From assembly GCF_009914755.1 (NCBI RefSeq), contig NC_060931.1: a stretch of 64,000 nt of DNA, one strand, 5' to 3'. Shown one piece after another: positions 54,460-64,000 of the stretch. This DNA is from the human T2T-CHM13v2.0 reference genome, Homo sapiens. How positions within the stretch are numbered: position 1 is the stretch's first letter; the number at the start of each line of letters is the position of its first letter. The notes beneath the pieces were generated by a model, which had not been told where the DNA came from, ran no database searches, and saw only the letters and a program-made list of their open reading frames with translations. The translations under genes and the position numbers were made by a program.

Positions 54460-55235
54460 CAGAAAATAACAAGTTTTGGTGAGGATGCAGAGAAATTAGA
54501 ACCTTCATACACTGCTGGTAGGAATTAAAATGGTGTAGCCACTGTGAGAAACAGTTTAACAACTTCCCAAACAATTCTACATAGAGTTGCCAAATGACCC
54601 AGCAATTGTACTCCTAGATATAGGCCCAACTTGGGCTCTTTCAATCTATGGAAAATGAACTGTGGGTACTTGGCAAGAACAAAGAGGGAGAGAGGCAGAA
54701 ATGCTGCCATGAGGGCACATTGATTGGTCTCTAGTACACATGGCTCCTACTGCAAATGGTCTCTAAATGACTTCATCAGTTGCTCAGAAAAAAAATCACC
54801 CTCTGCTCCAATCGTGGAGGAAGAAGTATGGATTGGACCTGGTGAGCCACGGTAAGACTGACTGCTAAACTTTATGAATGATGAGGGGATTTGCACGTAT
54901 AATCTTGACTGTACTAGATTTTTTATTTTATCCACTGTCTTTGAAAACCTAACTCTTAAGAACTGACTTTCCTGTACTTGTTGTTGACTCTAAGTAAATT
55001 TCCAATTCCACGTAGTCCAAAGATGATATGCTGAGAAATCTCTCAAAGGAAAAATGCTAAGAATACAGGCACAGTTATATGGCAAATTTTGCAGAATTAA
55101 CACAAATTGCACTTGTGGGTATGAAGCACAAAACATTTTCATGGGTAAAGAAAAAAGTGTTCTTCATTCTAGTAGACGCTGCAGGATGAGGCCGATCAAG
55201 GTGCTGGCCCAGCCAGACCTTGGGCTCTTACCTAA

Positions 55236-55637
<402 letters not shown>

Positions 55638-55769
55638 TAAACAGGAGACAGAGAGTGAGAACTCTGGAAGTATAGAAGATTCCAGAAATTGTGCATATTT
55701 CCCACAGACTGTGGCCCAATTCCTCAGTCCTGCCAGAGTTTCTCTATCTCAACTCAAACCTTATGTGTG

Positions 55770-56924
<1,155 letters not shown>

Positions 56925-56971
56925 CTACAAACAGCCTCCACCTATTTCACCTGACATTGTACTTTATGAAA

Positions 56972-57195
56972 GCAGCAGTTCTCAGATGGGGCTATTTTGC
57001 CCCCTGGGGACATTAGGCAATATCTGGAGACACTGGGGGTTGTGTCTACTTGGGGGGAGTTGTGTTACTGCATCCAGTGAGTGCAGGGATCCAGGGATGA
57101 CGCTCAACATCCTAAAATGCACAGGGAACCCCCACACATAGAACAGAGAAATTGCTGAGCCAAAATGTCAGCAGTGTCACAGCTGACACCCTGAC
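56972..57195. mobile_element. MER20-like hAT relic
   Basis: gcagttctca...attttgccccctggggacattaggcaatatctggagac. Confidence 0.7.
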
Positions 57196-58352
57196 ATACA
57201 CACTATCACACAGTATCTGCTCTTTCGTGCTCAGGATCTTTTTCATTCTAATCATCTCATAGGAAACAGAAATGTCATTTAGAGGTAGGTAGAGTCCAAA
57301 ACAAAGAAGATCCAGAGTTTTTTTTTTTTTTTTAATCAGCCTGGTGCCTTTAGAGCTAGGATTTAGTTTCCATTCTTTCTGTCTCATTTTCAAGTGATTT
57401 TTTTCTTCAAATGGCATCTACTGGGCTCAAGAACCGGAGATCCCCACAAAGCTGAGATTCACATGGGAATTTTGTACACACCTACACAGGTATACACTGC
57501 CATTTACATGCAGACATCCACCCACAGATACACACATCCGGAGACCAAGACAGAACACAAACTCCACCATAAAAGCACGGTTCCCCGAACAGGAGAAACG
57601 CACCATTCACTCCAGGGAGGTACCTATTTGTTTAATTCAGCCTCTGATAGTCAGGCTGTTGCCAAGCCCAGCTCTGAAAGTCTTCCCCTCTAGGAAAGAG
57701 AGATGGACTTTTTCTTTACTCAAGAATATAGATCTAAAAAAAACAAACACTTCTGCATCTCAAAGCAGGCTCTACCTCCTGAGCTACACATATTGATCAG
57801 CATTTTATTGTCAATTTTCTTTTACTTGAATTGGAGAAAAATATAACTTAATTATGTTCTTACTGACAGTTTGGAATCAGTTACACTAAATCCAATTCTC
57901 TGGGTTCTCATGATTAATGTGTTTAATTTGGGGGACAACAAAGCAAAAGCATTGGTCGTGTTTTAATATAATTAGTACAGGATATATCTAAGGGGTTGCA
58001 GTATCACTGTAGCAAGAAGCTCATTCTGCAGTAAAAGGGGGGTTCTGCCACTAGGATTGAGTTAGGGTGGTTCATGGCTGCACCGTTTAATCAATGTCTC
58101 TTCAAGAGTCCATGGAATGTGGAATGGGAAAGACTGAAGTAGTGCAAGTCTTGGCTAAGCTTCTATTAAGGGGTGTTAGGAGCTGATAAAATAACCTGGT
58201 CTTTATAGACATCCCACACTGTAGTTCTCTAAGCTACAGATTCTCAGATTTTTCTATTTTATAAACGAGTAAAAATATTTTTTTAATTTGAGAACAAACA
58301 TAAGGTTGCTATCTTTTTTTCTTTTGGGTAAGAAGGAACTTTTTTAAACTAC

Positions 58353-58358
<6 letters not shown>

Positions 58359-58404
<46 letters not shown>
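58359..58404. repeat. (CA)n microsatellite
   Basis: Pure CA run. Confidence 0.97.
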
Positions 58405-58407
<3 letters not shown>

Positions 58408-60079
58408 AGAAATTCCACCATGATTGGTCAGAATAGGTGAGGTTTTGCTGCAATAACAAACAACTCCTAAATCTTGGTAACTTCAAACATCAGAAGTTGT
58501 TTTTCTCACTCATGCTACATCTGCAGGGAGGTGTGGGGTGCTCTGTTTCCCATCAAACTTGCCCTAAGACTAAGGTTAATGGGGGTTGCAATACCTCGAG
58601 TATCACCAAGCAGGGAACAGAGGGAGAAGAATGCTAGAGAGTCTTGTACTAAGAATTAAATGCTCCAGGCTAGAAGTCTAACATTGCACCTCTGCCCCCA
58701 GCCTCTTGGCCAGTACTAGCCACATCCCCTCCCCCACCACAGGGCAATGCATGAAGACAGGAGAATTGGATACATTACAAATTTCTACCCCATGGCATTT
58801 CATAAAAGAGAAAAAAATGCAAATACAAAAATGTTTTAATAGAATAGAATATATACATTTTTAGAATAAAGAACAATCCTCCAAAAACGACAGCTGGTGG
58901 TCTTTCAACAATAGGCACATTTCTGTGACATTTTCTCTGTTTTTCCATTTTATCCTTGACCTATGAACATTTTATACAGATGGTCCAAAGAACACCATTT
59001 GGGGACCACTGCTCTAATCAGATGATGAAAACGGCCCCAAGAACAGAGCACAGTCTCTTTAGCAAAGACCCAGCAGGGCCAGGATGACCATGTTCTCACC
59101 ATCAATGTGCAGACATCCACCTGCAGCATCCTCACATCCCAACATCAAACAGTGGCTCTTTATAGCTTGATTCTAATGCCCTTTGATCTTCATAATCATT
59201 GTAAAGATCTCTGGCCCCAAGATCTAACATCGCCACTCTAGCTACATCATGCAACTGTTCACCTCTCCTGCCTCCTCATCCCTCTAAACTTCTCTTCACA
59301 ACCTCATGTTTCCTTCTTGCTTTACCTTCCTGCTCAGCCTGGACCTTACAGTCACCTTCTTCTTGTAATGTGCTCCTAAACTTGTTCTTCCCTTTCTTCA
59401 ACCACACCCACCTGGAAAATCTCCATACCCCATTGATGACTTGCCTCGCAACTGCCCAAGGGCTGCTGAATGATACTGGAAGGAATCACAACATGGATCT
59501 GGTAGTTCCACTAAATAATCTCACCATCCAACTCTAGGGTAGACTTCACTTCTGTTCAGCAATATTTTTAAGTATCACAAATAAATTCCAAACCATATTT
59601 GCTATAACAATTGACTTTAAACCTCTTCCATATCTCAAAGCCCCCAACACCCATCCCTAGGGGTTTCAGAGCCCAGAGTTGAGTTCTCTCAACTCACTTC
59701 CATCTCACCCCTAGATCACTGTATCTTGACCCTCTTCCTCTGCCTTTCCCATGTTATAAGGAGAAGCATCCTTCTCCTTTTCCAAGCTACCTTCTCCACT
59801 TGTGCCTCATTTGAGACCTGCCTTTATCATCCGTTCCCTTGGAACTCCCATGACTCACCACCTTCACTTGTCATTTCACTCATAAATATTTTGCACCGTA
59901 TATGTGCCAGGTGTTTAACATATAATCATGCTTAAGTCTCCACATGCTAACAAGAAAAACCTTGATTATCCCTGCTATGCCCTCAAGTCATTACCCTCCC
60001 CGCTCCTTTCCTGTGTTCCTAAACTTTGTTGATCTTCATCAATCCCTCTGATGCAGATGGCTATGAAGTTTGCATCCTC

Positions 60080-60159
60080 TTAGGTTGGTGCAAAAGTAAC
60101 TGCCGATTTTGCCATTAAAAGTAATGGCAAAAACAGCAATTATTTTTGTACTAGCCTAG
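60080..60159. mobile_element. MADE1 (Hsmar1-derived MITE)
   Basis: 80-bp imperfect palindrome ttaggttggtgcaaaagtaa...tttttgtactagcctag. Confidence 0.9.
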
Positions 60160-60327
60160 TATCTTTTCTCCTTCTACCAAACTTTGTCCCTGAGACATCT
60201 CATCACCTATAACTACCTCCTCCATGCAGTTGATTCCCAGATCTGTATTATTCTACTGAAAGTCCATTCCCCAATTTTCTCGGCTAGAATAACAGAAGCC
60301 CAGTTAGAATTCATGCTACCAGTTTCC

Positions 60328-60351
60328 CACCACCACCACCACCACCACCAC
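60328..60351. repeat. (CAC)n trinucleotide repeat
   Basis: About 8 CAC units. Confidence 0.9.
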
Positions 60352-60741
60352 CGTCGCCCTGCCATTGTTAGCAAAACCATCTCTTGAGTGGAGCTCAAAG
60401 ATTTGTAATCTCCCACTCCCCAGAAAGATAACTTCAGACTCAGCCTAGAAGTAAAGATCCTCCAGATATGGCCTCAACTACCCTCCAACCCATGTCCCCA
60501 GTGCATCCAGTTGATGCCCCCTTCAGTGGAGCTAAAATGGAGTGAGTGGTTATCTTTTCACATACTCCTGGTGTTCTTCCACAAATACAATTTTCACCTC
60601 TTGAATATTTTCAAGGATTCTCCATGCTACACACAGTGAAATCCAAACTCCCCATCAGGACCCCAGTCTTCCCAAACCCTCTTTGCAGTTTTCTGCCTCC
60701 ATGCTTTTCCTTGGGTCATCCTCTTCTCTAATATAACCTTG

Positions 60742-61201
60742 TGTATTATTCTAGGTTCTCCAGAGAAAGAGCAGAGAGATAGAGGTAGAGCTATACACAT
60801 AGAGAGAGACAGATTGATTTGTTGTAAGAGATGGCTCACATGGTTATGGAGGCTAAGGAGTCCTGGAGTCTGCAGCCAGCAAGCTGGAGACCCAGGACAG
60901 CCAATGATATAGTTCCAACTCGAGTCCACATCTAAAGTCAGGAGAAGATTGATGTCCCAGCTCAAATATAATCAGGTAAAAAGAGCAAATTCTCTGTGAC
61001 TCTACCTTTTTGTTTTGTTCAGGCCTTCAGTGGATTGGATGAGGCTCACCCACATTGGGGAGGACAATCTGCTTTATTCAGTCTACCAATTAAGGGTTAT
61101 CCTCATCCAGAATACCTCAGAGACACACCCAGAATAATGTGTAACCAAATATCTGGGCACCCCACAACCCAGTCAAATTGATACATAACACTAACCATCA
61201 T
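60742..61201 (-). mobile_element. MLT2-type ERVL LTR
   Basis: tgtattattctaggttctccagagaaa...ggattggatgaggctcacccacattgg...actaaccatca. Confidence 0.75.
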
Positions 61202-61565
61202 GTCTTGCTTCTACTCTCTCACCATTACTGCGTGGCCAAATCCTTCCCTTATTTCAAGGCTTAGTTCAAATGTTACCTCTTAACTAAGCCTTCCCTGCTA
61301 ACCCCAAATATTAATAGAATTGGTGTCTTCCTTCTCTGATGTCTCAAAATATGTTGTGTTTCTCTTTTACTGTATTTATTACAAACTCCCTTATAAATCA
61401 AGACAGTGATTCCCCGACAAATTATCAAAAGAGTATAAAAGAAGTCTTCTTTGAGTGTGAAATATCTCATGGAATATAGCACATGGCCTCTTCATGAAGA
61501 AACTACTGGGAGAGAAGACAAGCCGGAAGAGGCCAGGGAAAGGGGGTTAGTACAAAGCACAATGA

Positions 61566-61958
<393 letters not shown>

Positions 61959-62339
61959 TTAAAATAGGCAAAAGACACTATCACAAGCTGAAGAACTTAA
62001 AGAATACAGTATTTTTGAGCTCTTTAAAAAAAAGTCTTCATAATAAAATTTAGTCAGCCAAGAAATTAAAAAATAAGCAACTTGTGAATTGAATGACCAT
62101 GACAAAAGGCTAGTGATAGGACTATGATTGCAGAACAGAAAGAGAAGGTGGTCAACCTTAACAACATAAAACAACCTAGAAATAACTAGTTTCCAGAGCT
62201 AAAGGGAGGGACTGTAGGAAGTAGAAGTGCTAATGCCCTTTATTAAGTCAATTAATCAGGTCTAAAATTGAAACGTGATTTTAAATATATAACTTCTTGT
62301 TTATTTTCCTCCCTAACTACCTGAGGATCAACCACCATC

Positions 62340-62520
62340 ATGAATGACACAGTAACTACCTGGACCAGGAAGTTCATGACCAATCGACCGCTCCAGAGGA
62401 AACAAATGGTCACCAATGTCCTTCACCCCGGAAAGGCAACAAAATGTACAAGACCACAATGGATGTCATCTTCATATTAATAGTTGGACTCAGAACCCAT
62501 TTTGGTGGTGGTTAAACAAT
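62340..62520 (+). pseudogene. RPS24 processed pseudogene, 5' fragment
   Basis: [34 protein letters not shown], then a deletion/frameshift, then [10 protein letters not shown]...RTHFGGG; truncated at an Alu fragment. Confidence 0.88.
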
Positions 62521-62532
62521 CGTCACCCACAT

Positions 62533-63690
<1,158 letters not shown>

Positions 63691-64000
63691 CCCTCACTTA
63701 CACTTTTACAGAAGATCTGATCATACCCACTCCGCAGAAGTCAGAATGGCCCCCACGTGGTGTTAAACGGGAGTGAAAACTTGAGTTCAATCAACTGAGG
63801 GTGACACAGAAACATTTCCCCCAAAACGCTTTTGGCAGCTCTGCTGATCCATAACCTGGCTCCATTTCAGGGCAAGACCTCCACTTAAGCTGCACTGGCT
63901 TCCACTAGAGTAAATCACATTAACTCATGGCAAACACAACTGAAGGGCAAAAAGATTCTTTTTAAAATGATTTTTGTCTCTCACTTACCAACACACGCTG

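Noticed and set aside
60184-60416. Poly-His / poly-Trp ORFs
   Set aside because: Produced by the (CAC)n repeat.

Overview
Human (or near-identical great-ape) genomic DNA from 7q21.3. The left half holds the complete asparagine synthetase gene ASNS on the minus strand. I reconstructed 13 exons from GT-AG junctions; the 11 coding exons sum to 1686 nt (561 aa + stop). Its CpG-island promoter carries a TATA-like box, NSRE-1 (ATF4 C/EBP-ATF site), NSRE-2 and three GC boxes. From about 28 kb to the end, the sequence is repeat-dense and has no intact gene I can support. It carries processed pseudogenes of SNRPC, RPS3A and RPS24, a combination I associate with OR7E-type segmental duplications, plus MER11, a full THE1 element nested in an old L1, about 35 Alus and several DNA-transposon relics. 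The most striking unexplained structure is a 134-bp, 96%-identical inverted copy of the start-codon region of ASNS exon 3, lying 1 kb away in intron 1 next to a perfect 22-bp palindrome. It could fold the pre-mRNA into a long duplex over the AUG. Repeat subfamily names are from memory and repeat edges are approximate (about +/-10-30 bp).
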